Source of the DNA: Octopus vulgaris
Lineage: Eukaryota
Direction: 5' to 3'
Assembly (NCBI GenBank): GCA_951406725.2
Contig: OX597833.1
Span: 65,162,001 to 65,226,000, forward strand
DNA length: 64,000 bases
Each line of letters opens with the position of its first letter. Position 1 is the stretch's first letter. Shown one piece after another: positions 41,606-53,863 of this stretch. The position numbers and the translations under genes were made by a program. The notes beneath the pieces were generated by a model. That model made no database searches. It was given only the letters and a program-made list of their open reading frames with translations, and was not told where the DNA came from.

Positions 41606-42366
41606 TAATAATAATTTCTACTGGAATCACAAGGCATCAAATTTGGGGGAAGTCGATTATATCGACCCCAGTGTGTGTATGTGTGTTTGTTTGTGTCTCT
41701 TTGTGTCTGTGTTTGTCCCTTACTGCCGCTTGACAACCGGTGTTGGTTAGTCAGCGTCCCCATAACATAGCGGTTCGGCCAAAGTGACTGACTAAAATAC
41801 GTGTCACACTTTAAGTACTGGGATTGATACATTCGGCTAAAAAAATGTTGAAGTCAGTGTTCAGACAGATCGGGAATTTGAGGTTAAGCGACAAGTTATC
41901 GTCGTGGAATATGGTTTCGAAACTGAAGAGGTATGCACAGAAAATGAAGAAGTATAGCGATGATCATAAAAACTGAAGTGTCATTTAAAACTTGTAATTC
42001 AAGGTAGGCGCACAGAACATCTAGAATCCACAGACGAAAGAATCTTCTTGTTCTTGTTACAGATTCAAACGCAAATATCTGACCGCTGTTGTTTATCCCC
42101 ATCGGAGATCAACTCCGCCTCGTAGACGACATGTGTTTATGACACACGGAATTCAAAGTTGTTACGACACTTTGGGGCATTGCTGTTTCTATGATTCGTC
42201 ATTCAAAGCTTTCCCACCGGACCTACGAAGCTAAGAATTGCTCGAAATCTTGTTCGGAAGAATGAACAAACAAATTATTTGCCGAACATGGTGATGTCTG
42301 CCAAGGCGATGTGAATTTAAACAATAGCGTATTTATTGATCTTTAATGTTTTCAGGCTGATGTAAG

Positions 42367-42585
42367 GGTGAGAGCTGGCGGAAATGTTAGCACGCTGGGG
42401 AAGATGCCAACTGGTGTTTCGTCCGGTTTTATGTACTGAGTCCAAATTCTGCCGAGGTCAACTTTGCCTTTCATTCTCATGGGGGTCGGTAAAATACTTA
42501 AAAGTTAATTTGATACAAGGATCGATGTAATCAACTTAGCTTCTCCCTCAAAATTGCTGGCCTTGTACTAAAATTTGAAAGCAAT
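42367..42585 (+). mobile_element. SINE family D, degenerate
   Basis: ggtgagagctggcggaaatgttagcacgctggg..aaattctgccgaggtcaactttgcctttcat. Confidence 0.7.
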
Positions 42586-42936
42586 ACGTTCTGGCAGATT
42601 CCAACGTGAATATGTGATCGCTGTTGTTTTCCATCATCGGAGAGCCACTCCATGGATGTAAGGCAAAGATGACCTCGGCAGAATTTGGACTCAGTACGTA
42701 AAACTGGACAAAAGCCACGCATATGTAATAATGCTACGGTTAATTGTCGATGAACATAATAGTAATATATTAGTACTGCAGAATCATTTTAACCGAGATG
42801 CTTCCGGTATACAATACCACCATTACAATATATTGGTTACAAATTTTGGCACAAAGCCAGCAGTCCTGAGTAAGGGGATGCGTTCTGTCCTTATTTGTCC
42901 TCTCTATGTTTAGCCCCTTGTGGGCAGTAACGAATA

Positions 42937-42985
<49 letters not shown>

Positions 42986-43046
42986 ATTATTATTAATATT
43001 ATTATTATTATTATTATTATTATCATTATTATCATTATTATTATTA

Positions 43047-43727
43047 AAATAACTCTAGAAGATGTGAAAAGAGCGAAGGAATTGTTAAGAAAGGATGGCA
43101 ATGGTATCTTCCTCAATACTCCACAAGAGGTGATTGAAAGCACCAACAAGCAAACAATAATTTACAAAGTTTTCGACAGAAAACTAAAAAGAATAACAAA
43201 TGCCACACCCCAACAGTTGGAGATAGCTCTAAAGCCCATTTGGGCCCAAAAGAGCTACGTAACCAAGGGGAAGCGTTTTGGAACCGTGGAGGTTCGCTTC
43301 CCAACAGAGGAGCTGGCAAGGGCGAACGCCATTTCGCCCTTGCAAACTGAGAATTTGTTACTAATTCCAACCCACCTCGGGCGAAGAGTTACAAAAATAA
43401 AAATCGACCTCGTCCCCCCTGAATTAAATATGTCATGGCTGGTGGCAGCTGTCCTCTATGATATAGAGGACACTACCACCATTCTAGATGTCAGGAGAGT
43501 GAGGGCGAAAAACTGGTTGGGGATGGGAGTGCTGCTTCTTGCGCAAATTCAGCAAGAGAATATAAGTAAAGTCCCTGATTTCGTAAGTTTGCCGGACGGC
43601 ACTAGGCTAAACGTTGCTGTGGAGGGGCGAAAGCCAAAATGCTTTCTCTGCAGCAGCGAAAGCCACTTAAAGAGGGACTGTCCCATTCACAAAAAGAGGA
43701 TGGAGGCTTTCAGCAAGAGGCAGCAGC

Positions 43728-43758
<31 letters not shown>

Positions 43759-44569
43759 CAAGCAACAACAACAGAAACAAAAAAAACAGCAAGAAACACC
43801 AAAGGCTGCCACACCACCAACACCATCACCAACACCAGCACCAAGACGAGCAACACCACCTCCAACAACAACAACCACCACCAAACCAACACCGACAACC
43901 ACCACCAAACCAACACCGACACCAGTACCTCGAAGGTCGACAGCAGCGACATCAACAGTAACAGGAGCAGCGGCACCACCGATACCGGTGGAACCAGAAA
44001 CTTTTCGTCCTGCTACTGAAGCAGACCCCTCAACCATTCCTTTGCCGGATGAAGAGATCTCGGATTGTGCGAGCTCTGATTCCAACAAAGGAGAATGGAG
44101 TATAGTGCCTCCAAAGAAGAAAAGGAGGAAGAAACAAAAAGATTTACAGGGGAAGCACGAACAAATAGTGCTTCCCAACATCAACAACAACAACAACAAC
44201 AACAACACACACTCACAACAACAAACAACAACAACACTTTCGACACCACTACTGCCACTGCCACACACACAAACACACACAGACACAATTACATCAATAA
44301 ACACAAAGAACCAAAAACTAGTGGAGTACTTAAAAAACAAAACTAGTACAAATATAACCGATTTCATCATACCAACACAAAACACACCACCAGCACACAT
44401 TCTCACAATAAAAATAAATGCAAAATCATATGATGAAATCAAACAAATATTCCCTAACGATGTGGGATCGCTAGGGAAAAGTTTCTCGAAGAAACTTTAT
44501 AAAAACATTGTGGAAGCACCCGTGCAAAAGCACAAGGGAGCCACCCCCACCACCAACAACAGTAAGTAG
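43047..44569 (+). CDS. ORF1 nucleic-acid-binding (gag-like) protein, probably 5'-truncated
   Basis: Open frame with RRM-like region (GTVEVRFPTEELA), zinc knuckle CFLCSSESHLKRDC (CX2CX4HX4C), Q/T/P-rich linker and basic PPKKKRRKKQK. No ATG at the 5' junction; the track's poly-Ile N-terminus is read-through of flanking (ATT)n. Confidence 0.85.
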
Positions 44570-44608
44570 AGCTTTTTTTTCTCCTTTTTTTTTCCCCTAC
44601 TTTGAGAC

Positions 44609-47600
44609 ATGGCAAATCTTAGAATCGGTTGCTTGAATGTGAGAGGCCTCGGGTCACCTTGGAAACAGGGTCACCTGTTAAACGACCTGAGGTTTCATGA
44701 TGTGGATGTAGCAGCCATCAGTGAAACCAGACTCTCCGATCCGCAGGAACTCGCAGCCCTTTTCGGCGGATACGAGATATTTCTATCTCCGTGTCGGCCG
44801 GGAGCGGGCGGTGGTGGTACTGCGGTGTTGTTTCGGAAGGGCCTGGACCTGAAAATAAGGACAGTCTTCTTGGATCCGGAAGGTAAGTTGGTGGTCCTCG
44901 ACGTCGACGGTAGTGACGGCGGTGCTTTCAGACTGCTGGCTGCCTACGCTCCGACAGGAGCAGGGCAGTCGGATTATTTCAAACGTCTGGAAGTTTTCCT
45001 GGGAACGTCACGCACTCTAGTACTAGTTGGGGATTGGAACGCTGTCTTAGACGAACGTTTCGATCGGGTGGGCAGGGGAGCGTCTGTTAGGAGAGGGGGA
45101 GGGTGCAAGAGCCTCGCCAACCTACTCGGCCGCTTTCAGCTGTCCGACAGGTTTCGACTAGACAACCCGAATGTGCCAATGTGGACTTGGACAAACCGCA
45201 TCGGGTCGTCTAGATCGTACTTAGATAGAGTGTTTTGTAGGCCAGCGGATAAGGACAGCGTAGGGTGTCCACAATTCCACCTAGTCGAATATACGGACCA
45301 CAAATTAGTGATCTGTACGGTCGACTTAGATAGGCTACATAGACAGGGACCCGGCTACTGGAAGCTGAACGCGTCGTTAACGGCGTGCAAAGCTTACAGA
45401 GACCGGATTAGTTTACTAGTTAAGCGGGCGCTCACGGGGGCAATCATCAACAACAACTGGTGGTTTGCCCTCAAGAGAGCAATTAGAGTAGAGTCGATTA
45501 GGTATAGTAAGACTCTAGCTATTGAACGTAGGAAGAGAGAGCGGGATTTAGTTAAGAAACTAGACGAGGCTCTTGACACTGGCATCGCGACCGACGTGTT
45601 GGCGGCAAGGTTGGCCCTCGACCAACACTTCGACGCCAAACACGAAGGCTGCGTTGTCAGAGCTAAGGCACGTTCGCTAAGCGGGGAGGGGACTAGAGCC
45701 GCTCGATGGGCCCGCGTGGCGGAGGCGAAGCGAGGCAACAGAGCAACCATTCGGTCTTTGGTGGACCAGAACGGGCGCGAGGTTACCCAACCGAAGCAGA
45801 TGTGTACGGTGCTTCAGCGGCACTTTGCTCAACTGTTTGGGACGAGCGGTGGAACGGACACCAACGGTACAGACTTCGGTGTGTACCTGGACGGACTGCC
45901 GCAACTCTCGGACAGCGAGGCAGAGTGCTGCGAAGGACCGATATCTGCCTGGGAAGTACAGGAAGCGATGAAGAGTTGCACGAGAGGTAGATCGCCGGGT
46001 TTGGATGGTCTGCCCTACGAGCTTTACTTTTCAATGCCAGACTTGTTTGCGGACCTGTTGGCAAACGTCTACTGCAACTGGCAGCAAAACTGGAGAATTC
46101 CTGCTTTTGTCTGTCGAGGGGTGGTGGCTTTGCTAAAGAAGGACCCAAACAAGGGGGACGTTATAGGGAATTTCCGGCCCATCACTCTGCTCAATGCAGA
46201 GTTGAAGATTTTGGCCAAGGTGCTAGCCAAGAGATTGGCGCTTGTCGTGGACAAGCTGGTCGGCGGGACGCAGACATGCGCCGTGCCGACCAGGTCGATA
46301 CACGACAACCTCCATCTCATGCGCTACATCATAGAGAGGGTGGGTAACGACGCTGGCGCGGGTGGGGCTTTGATCAACTTGGATCAGAGTAAAGCCTTCG
46401 ATAGGGTCGACCATCAGTACCTGGCAGCTGTCCTCAAGGCAGCCGGCTTCGGTCCAGTCTTCCGCGGGTGGATCGCTGCTTTATACAGCAACATCTGCTC
46501 GGTGATACGGGTGAACGGTCACCTTTCGGAACCGTTCGACATCTCGCGTTCGGTCCGCCAAGGATGCCCTCTCTCCTCCCTCTTGTACATTTTGACTCTC
46601 GAGCCATTACTGCGCAAGTTGGAGGCTTTGAGGGGCATCCCGCGCGATCTAGGAGGCGGAAACAGCGTGTCTGCTTATGCCGACGACGTCACCGTGGTGG
46701 TGTCGAGCCACAGGCACATTAGCCTGATTGGCGAGACGCTAAACCAGTACGAAGCGGTGACAGGGGCAAAGATTAACGCGGAAAAGTCTGTGGGCTTGCA
46801 ACTGGGCACCTGGAGAGGCAAGCCCATGCCGTCCAACAGCGTCGTAGGGCGCTGGACAGACGGACCCGTTAAACTGCTCGGGGTCTGGTTCGGTCCGGAC
46901 CTCCAGGTGGATAAGAACTGGGAAGAGGTGACGAGCAGAGTGGCACGTCTCACCCAGAAATGGGCCGAGAGGAAGCTGTCCCTGAAAGGTCGAGCGGAGG
47001 TGGCGAATGCGTACATCGCATCCGTCATCTATTACCGCTTGACCGTCGTCCCTTGTCCCAACCGCTGGTTGGCCAAGCTGGTACGTCTGCTCTTCGACTT
47101 TTTGTGGAAGGGTCAGGTGCCACTGGTCAGGCGATCCATCTGCTGTCAACGACCGCTGAACGGAGGCCTTGGAATGCCGTGGTTGCTGTTGCGCAGACAT
47201 GCGCTCAGGCTGCGGCATCTCAAGCGCTTCCTAGACGGTGAACAGGTGTGGTCGTCTTTTGTCAGACGCGATTTTCCGCAGCTCGTCTCTTTGACGGAGC
47301 TGCAGACCTGGATCAAACGTAGACCGAGAAAGGGCGCTTGGCACCTCGAGTGCCGTCAAGCCCTCTCCGCCCTCCACCAGGCGGGCAATGCGGTCGGTTA
47401 CAGCTCCACTCTAGCGTTCTATAGAGGGTTAGTGGAGGAAAAATGCGACGACGTTCTCGGGGAAACTCTAGGCGTTGAAGACGACGAACTGAGCAGTCTG
47501 TTCGGGAGGACTTTCGGGCCGGGGCCGATGGATAATTTCCAGAGGTCTCTCGCCTGGCAGTGCTACCGAGGGGCTCTGCCTGTTCGAGATAAACTCTACC

Positions 47601-48043
47601 GGCACGGAAGTGCCGTCAGCCGGGCCTGCCCGAGGTGTTGCCAGGACGACGAAACCGTTCTGCACGCACTCGTCCAGTGCCCGAGTATTGCTGAAATATG
47701 GGTTTATGTCGAACAGCTACTGTCACGTGTAGGACGGATCCGACTATCGGCCGAATCCATAGTGAAGATTGCCCCGCCGACCTCCTTTAACAAGGAGGGC
47801 GAGGCCGTTTTCTTGTGCCTAGTGGCTGTGGCGAAAGAGGTCGTGTGGTGGACTCGTTTAAAAGGGCTAAAGACAGACACTTTCCTCTTTGGTCAAGGCC
47901 TCATCAACTTTTTCAAGTTTCACTTGAAAAGGAAGATGAGGTTAGAGAGGAAAGTGCTGTCCGATAGCAAGTTTTATGAAAGGTGGGTGAATTGTGCGAG
48001 ACTGGCCTGTATAAATGGACCAGTTCTCAGGTTTCGCCTGTGA
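44609..48043 (+). CDS. ORF2 polyprotein: apurinic-like endonuclease, reverse transcriptase, C-terminal CCHC finger (1144 aa, uninterrupted)
   Basis: APE motifs CLNVRGL, ISETRL, YAP, VGDWNAV, YLDRVF, TDHKLV. RT motifs WKLN, SPGLDGLP, FRPITLLN, LDQSKAFDRVDH, VRQGCPLS, YADD, LLGV. C-terminal CPRC-x8-H-x4-C. Confidence 0.96.
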   Translation: MANLRIGCLNVRGLGSPWKQGHLLNDLRFHDVDVAAISETRLSDPQELAALFGGYEIFLSPCRPGAGGGGTAVLFRKGLDLKIRTVFLDPEGKLVVLDVDGSDGGAFRLLAAYAPTGAGQSDYFKRLEVFLGTSRTLVLVGDWNAVLDERFDRVGRGASVRRGGGCKSLANLLGRFQLSDRFRLDNPNVPMWTWTNRIGSSRSYLDRVFCRPADKDSVGCPQFHLVEYTDHKLVICTVDLDRLHRQGPGYWKLNASLTACKAYRDRISLLVKRALTGAIINNNWWFALKRAIRVESIRYSKTLAIERRKRERDLVKKLDEALDTGIATDVLAARLALDQHFDAKHEGCVVRAKARSLSGEGTRAARWARVAEAKRGNRATIRSLVDQNGREVTQPKQMCTVLQRHFAQLFGTSGGTDTNGTDFGVYLDGLPQLSDSEAECCEGPISAWEVQEAMKSCTRGRSPGLDGLPYELYFSMPDLFADLLANVYCNWQQNWRIPAFVCRGVVALLKKDPNKGDVIGNFRPITLLNAELKILAKVLAKRLALVVDKLVGGTQTCAVPTRSIHDNLHLMRYIIERVGNDAGAGGALINLDQSKAFDRVDHQYLAAVLKAAGFGPVFRGWIAALYSNICSVIRVNGHLSEPFDISRSVRQGCPLSSLLYILTLEPLLRKLEALRGIPRDLGGGNSVSAYADDVTVVVSSHRHISLIGETLNQYEAVTGAKINAEKSVGLQLGTWRGKPMPSNSVVGRWTDGPVKLLGVWFGPDLQVDKNWEEVTSRVARLTQKWAERKLSLKGRAEVANAYIASVIYYRLTVVPCPNRWLAKLVRLLFDFLWKGQVPLVRRSICCQRPLNGGLGMPWLLLRRHALRLRHLKRFLDGEQVWSSFVRRDFPQLVSLTELQTWIKRRPRKGAWHLECRQALSALHQAGNAVGYSSTLAFYRGLVEEKCDDVLGETLGVEDDELSSLFGRTFGPGPMDNFQRSLAWQCYRGALPVRDKLYRHGSAVSRACPRCCQDDETVLHALVQCPSIAEIWVYVEQLLSRVGRIRLSAESIVKIAPPTSFNKEGEAVFLCLVAVAKEVVWWTRLKGLKTDTFLFGQGLINFFKFHLKRKMRLERKVLSDSKFYERWVNCARLACINGPVLRFRL

Positions 48044-48326
48044 TTTCAAAGAAAAAGGTAATGTAAAAGGAGAAGAAAGGGGACTCTCTACACCCCCTTT
48101 TTTTGACCAGGCTCCCGTTGGCTTTTGTAGGGTTTTTTCCACCGGGAACATTTCGAGACGTCTCCCCCTTTTGGGAGTTTTTCATTGTTTTAATAATCAT
48201 TGTTTTAAAGTTTTTTTTTACACGGATTTTTTAACAAACGGACAAAACCCTTTGTAACCTTTCGTCCTGTCCTGTCCCTTTATGTAATCATGCGTGTCAG
48301 CCCTTGTGGCCAATAAAAAAGAATTG

Positions 48327-48362
<36 letters not shown>

Positions 48363-48524
48363 ATTATTTTTATTATTATTATTATCCTTATTATTATTAT
48401 TATTATTATCATCATTATCATCATTATTATCATTATTATTATTATTATTATTATCATCATCATCATTATTATTATTATTACTATTATTATCATTATTATT
48501 ATTATTATTATTATCATTATTATA

Positions 48525-48604
<80 letters not shown>

Positions 48605-48625
48605 CATCATCATCACTATTATTAT
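48327..48625. repeat. (ATT)n/(ATC)n array, 3' flank of the Tx1-like element
   Basis: Directly visible; mirrors the array at about 42937-43046. Confidence 0.97.
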
Positions 48626-49222
48626 CTATGCCATATACAATACTACTGTGCCATTTACTTCTATCCATATAGACCTGTGAGCTTTATATAAGTTACGAGA
48701 TATTAATAATATCGCTATAATGGCTGCACATTCCTCGCTATTAATTCTTCCAATTATATCTTCTCTTTTAGGAAAAGCATTCAATTCTGACGCTGGAGAG
48801 ATATTCATAACTGCTCTTTTATATATATTAACGTTCGAATCATCTGCTTAAACGCATTAACATATGAAATGAAAATAAAAATTTAAAAAAAAAACGAAAG
48901 AAAGTTCATTACCGCTGAAGATGCAGACAGGCGGATGCTTACATCTTGTGCTGGTATACAATAAACCTTTTCATAAAATGATCTTGTTTAAGTTTAGACC
49001 TTCGATAAGATTTTTTATTTAAGAACTGTTTAGAGTTTTAGGTTCGAATTACTAGCTTTAAGATTAATACGTACTTCAAAATGAAAAAAATAAGTAGAAT
49101 TTTTTTTTTAATCTTTTAAGAATTAAGTTAAAAATATCGACAATATATTCATTAAAAATATGGTAATGAAGGCATAAGATTATATTTAATGTAAGCAGAC
49201 ACACACATAGACACCCACAAGC

Positions 49223-49323
<101 letters not shown>

Positions 49324-49360
49324 CAGGCAGACAGGCAGACAGGCAGATAGATAGATAGAT

Positions 49361-49783
49361 AAGTTTCTTTATTGGCCACACAAGGCTGCACACAGATGGG
49401 ACAAGTTACAAGGTAGATCTTTTCTTTTGGGGGAGAAAAAAATAGGTTTGCGTAGGTTTTCGATCAAAAGAGATCGTAAAAGGGAAAAAAGAAGAAAAAA
49501 AGAAAAAAGAAAAAAGGGAAAAGGACCAAAAGAAAAGAAAAATGAAAAAAGAAGAAAAAAGATGAAAAAAGGGGAAGAGGAAAAAACGATCAATAGGGAT
49601 CGTGTATCACAGTGTCATGATGTATGGTGTAAAGGGGAAAGCAAGTAAGGTTTATCCGTGGGAAGAAAAGCCTACGAAAAAAACCACGGTAACCTTGGTC
49701 AATATTGTTATATGTTACCACATTTGTTTGCAAATGGGTAACCCTCTGTTTTCAATTTCTGGGTTCATAGGATTATGCTCAAG
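49361..49783 (-). mobile_element. 5'-truncated 3' end of a second, related Tx1-like LINE inside a (GATA)n/(ATCT)n array
   Basis: Minus strand reads ttgaccaaggttaccgtggtttttttcgtaggcttttcttcccacgga (similar to 48103-48148) and ends cagccttgtgtggccaataaagaaa (similar to 48298-48323). (GATA)n lies on both sides. Confidence 0.75.
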
Positions 49784-49785
49784 AG

Positions 49786-49826
<41 letters not shown>

Positions 49827-49854
49827 TACAAAAGTCAGGTAGGAAACTCAAATC

Positions 49855-50210
49855 CTAAGTGGCGTCCTACAAGGAACTGTTCTGGGGTCATTTCTGTTCA
49901 TAATAGCCAACTTAGACATGCCCACGGTGATTCAGAGAGCCGCTACCACTAGCTATGTCGATGCTACAAAATTATCACAGACAATAAAAAACCTAGATGA
50001 CGTCACAGGCTTACAGCAGGACCTAAATTCGATATACAAGTGGGCCGAAGTAAACAACATGCAGTTTGAAGCGGTAAAATTTCAAGCACTGCACTATCAG
50101 CTCACGAATGCACTACAGCCTGCATATACTGGACCCGAAGCTACTGCAATACCAGTGTCACAGGCAGTGAAAGCTTTGGGGAACCGTATGTGCAATGATG
50201 CAGTAATTAG
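49855..50210 (+). pseudogene. CR1/L2-type reverse transcriptase fragment
   Basis: SGVLQGTVLGSFLF..SYVDATK (degenerate GVPQG / YADD)..LQQDLNSIYKWAEVNNMQF. Confidence 0.85.
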
Positions 50211-50511
50211 CAGTAATACTGCAAACATAGTAGTCTCTGGCCTTCGATTAGACCCACAATTGTACTTACGATCCAAAAGTAGACCAAGGGAAAACAAAAT
50301 TCACCTGTTCCCCCGCAAGAACTGGTCTAAGGGAATATTTATTTTTTGGAAATTTTCCGACTATAACGGATTCCTCCCTCCGAAGGTGAACAATTACATT
50401 GGTCTTCGACTTTAGAGTCTTGCGAGACGTTCACGGGACTAAGCTCCGTGTGGATGCGAAATCACTGGCCACTAAATAAACAGACATTGAATTAACTACT
50501 TGAGTGTGTGT

Positions 50512-51005
<494 letters not shown>

Positions 51006-51634
51006 ACGAGAATAAACTAATAAAATAATATATTTATATAGGTAGTTATGTAGAAATAATAGCGTATAATTTGTAAACGTAATTTATATGTACGACAGTG
51101 GGAGCGTCTAGAAGGCGAGTACGTACGAATGCGCTAATGTTCTGCGCCTTTGTATAAGTAAGTACACAGAATGAATATGAAATAAATAATTAAATTTTAT
51201 CCAAAACCATTCCATTTAACAGCTCCCATCTAGCAAATAACTTTTCATTTGTTTGAGTATCGTCTTATTATTTGACATCTCCATCAAAGATGGAAATAGC
51301 GATGAAATTAAAATGTCAGTATTATAGAACAAAGATAAATACTTGAGAACGTTCAAAACAAACAAGCGAAATAGAGAAGAAAGTTCTAATGTACGGAATT
51401 GAAAGAAAATGAAGAAAGATTTTTAATGTTTCGTTACGGCTTCGATTTAACTTGTGTATTATTAGAGTATTAAGGCTAAATATTTCTGTTTATTAACTGT
51501 GATATGTGTGTGTGAGAGAGTGTGTGTGTCTGTGAGTGTGTGGGAGGTGCGTACGTGCGTGTATGTGTTTATATACCTATATAAGTAAATACATATACAC
51601 ACAGACTAATACAAACACACACATATATATATTT

Positions 51635-51683
<49 letters not shown>

Positions 51684-51693
51684 AGATAGATAA

Positions 51694-51734
<41 letters not shown>

Positions 51735-51813
51735 GAGACTGACAAATACATACACATATATAGATATATACATGTATACATATATAAATATATATGCGTA
51801 TATATACAAATAC

Positions 51814-51877
<64 letters not shown>

Positions 51878-51894
51878 TATATACATATACATAC

Positions 51895-51950
<56 letters not shown>

Positions 51951-52617
51951 CGCTTGCATGCATATATGTATTGCGTAATTTTTGCTTGATTTTTGTATTT
52001 CGAAATGTATACAAATATAGATGTGTGTACACACGCATACACACACACACACCAATATACACAAACGCATAAATGCATACATATTGTATGTAGGTGTTGT
52101 TTTCTCTAAGTGGTGAATCACTTAAAAATGTAAATATCAAATTGTTATACAAGTACCATTGAACAACGATAAATACGTATACGTCTTGAAATTTGTTTTT
52201 TTGTTTTTTTGTTTTGCAACCTTATCAGTATCAATTTATCTCTTTGTAGATGATTTTGATTTTCAATAAGTAATTCGAAATAATAGAAGACGTTTTCCTT
52301 GAATATTCTGAATCTTGGAATTTAGAATGGCGTTCGTATTTCTAAAAGAAATAGAACAGTTTTGTAAAAGAGTGTTTGAGGTAATACGCCATCTTGTTCC
52401 CCTCCCCCAGTTTAACCACCTACTGACTTTAATGGAGTTCATTCGAGTACAAGTCTTCGGTTCCTAGTTTCGGTTTCATATCTGCCATCGTACTTTCAAC
52501 TAATGTCTGTCTTACAGCAAAGGGGTTCTGGGCCCTGTTAAGTGCATTTCCTTCTCTGCCAGTCATAAAAATATAGAAGGTTTTTGTTCTCAAATCCGTC
52601 CATCCATTTTCCCCCTC

Positions 52618-53316
52618 TCCACTATTCTTGTTAAGTCGTGGGAGTACAGTTATAAGCTACCTCCGAGTGTCAGCAACTGAGATTATGGATATGATCCAAC
52701 AACCTTGTTACTTACTTACTTGTACTCGTTCTCGTGGCGACATTCACCCTGGGCGGGTTGAGTCGCCTTCTTCTACCACCCTCGATGCATCTCGAACCAT
52801 GGCGGCCCACGCACGACGGTCCTGCGCCAGTTCACTGGAGATAGCGAGCCAGTCATGGTTCCATCGAAACCGTGGAACCGTGATGGAACTTTGTTCTTGG
52901 AACCCTAGCTCTTCTGCATATTACGCTTAGCTTGAAGAACAAACTTGCGATTCTTTCCTGCCACTATCTGTTCCTCGCCACTATCCTTGTTAGGCCGTGG
53001 GAGTACAGTTCTCAGGTACCTCCGAGTGTCAGCAACTGAGATTATGGATATGATCCTACAACCTTGTTACTTACTTGTACTCGTACTCGTGGCGACATTC
53101 ACCCTGGGAGGGTTGAGTCGGCTTCTTCTACCACCCTCGATGCATCTCGAACCATGGCAGGCCACGCACGACGGTCCTGCGCCAGTTCACTGGAGATAGA
53201 GAGCCAGTCACTGTTCCATCGGAACCGTGGAACCGTGATTGAACCTTGTTTTGGGAACCCTAGGTCTTCTGCATGTTATGCTTAGCTTGAAGAACAATTT
53301 TGCAATTCTTTCCTGC
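52618..53316. repeat. Tandem duplication (period about 355-359 bp), each unit containing a minus-strand RTE-like 3' fragment
   Basis: ctccgagtgtcagcaactgag at 52661 and 53020. Minus-strand peptide WNHDWLAISSELAQDRRAWAAMVRDA..STRPG-stop followed by a caagtaagta tail. Confidence 0.88.
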
Positions 53317-53656
53317 GATATTCTAATCGATTGATTGAACTACCGGAGCTATGATATCTCAATTACAGTGAAGGAACTGCAAGTCGTGGAGGGGATTGCT
53401 GATTGTCAAGCTATGCACCACATCCAGTAACGTCTCTCCAGAAATCCTTCGGATGAACACGATTTCAATGGTTTATATTCGCTATGTGCTTTCGGATATT
53501 ACATTACAGTCATGAGAATCCAAGAATATAAGCACAAGAACCGAATTGAAAATAACAAGTTGAGATATTTTGCCAAACAATTTTGTGTGTGAGTGTGTTT
53601 GTGAGTGAGTGTGTGTGAGTGTGTGTGTGAGTGTGTGTGTGTGTGTGAGTGTGTGT

Positions 53657-53708
<52 letters not shown>

Positions 53709-53863
53709 TGATCGAAAGCTGGGGCTGGTATATTACCGCAACTCAAGCATTCAATTAAGCTTCCTCTTTACCCTTGGATACACTGAACAATACTTGCAAT
53801 TCGTATCATAACCTCGCTGTTGCTAAACACTGGGTATAATACATATATATATATATGTATGTG

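Larger units (their letters stand above)
43047..48326 (+). mobile_element. Near full-length non-LTR retrotransposon, L1/Tx1 clade, embedded in (ATT)n
   Basis: Two tandem long ORFs (CCHC ORF1; APE-RT-CCHC ORF2), about 280-nt 3' UTR ending gcc-cttgt-ggc + AATAAA, and (ATT)n arrays abutting both ends (about 42937-43046 and 48327-48625). Confidence 0.93.

Noticed and set aside
42920-43046. Poly-isoleucine N-terminus of the 549-aa ORF as a signal or membrane segment
   Set aside because: It is in-frame read-through of the flanking (ATT)n array from a non-ATG start, not part of the element.
43687-47665. Antisense and alternate-frame ORFs over the Tx1 element
   Set aside because: Expected shadows of GC-rich, low-complexity coding sequence.
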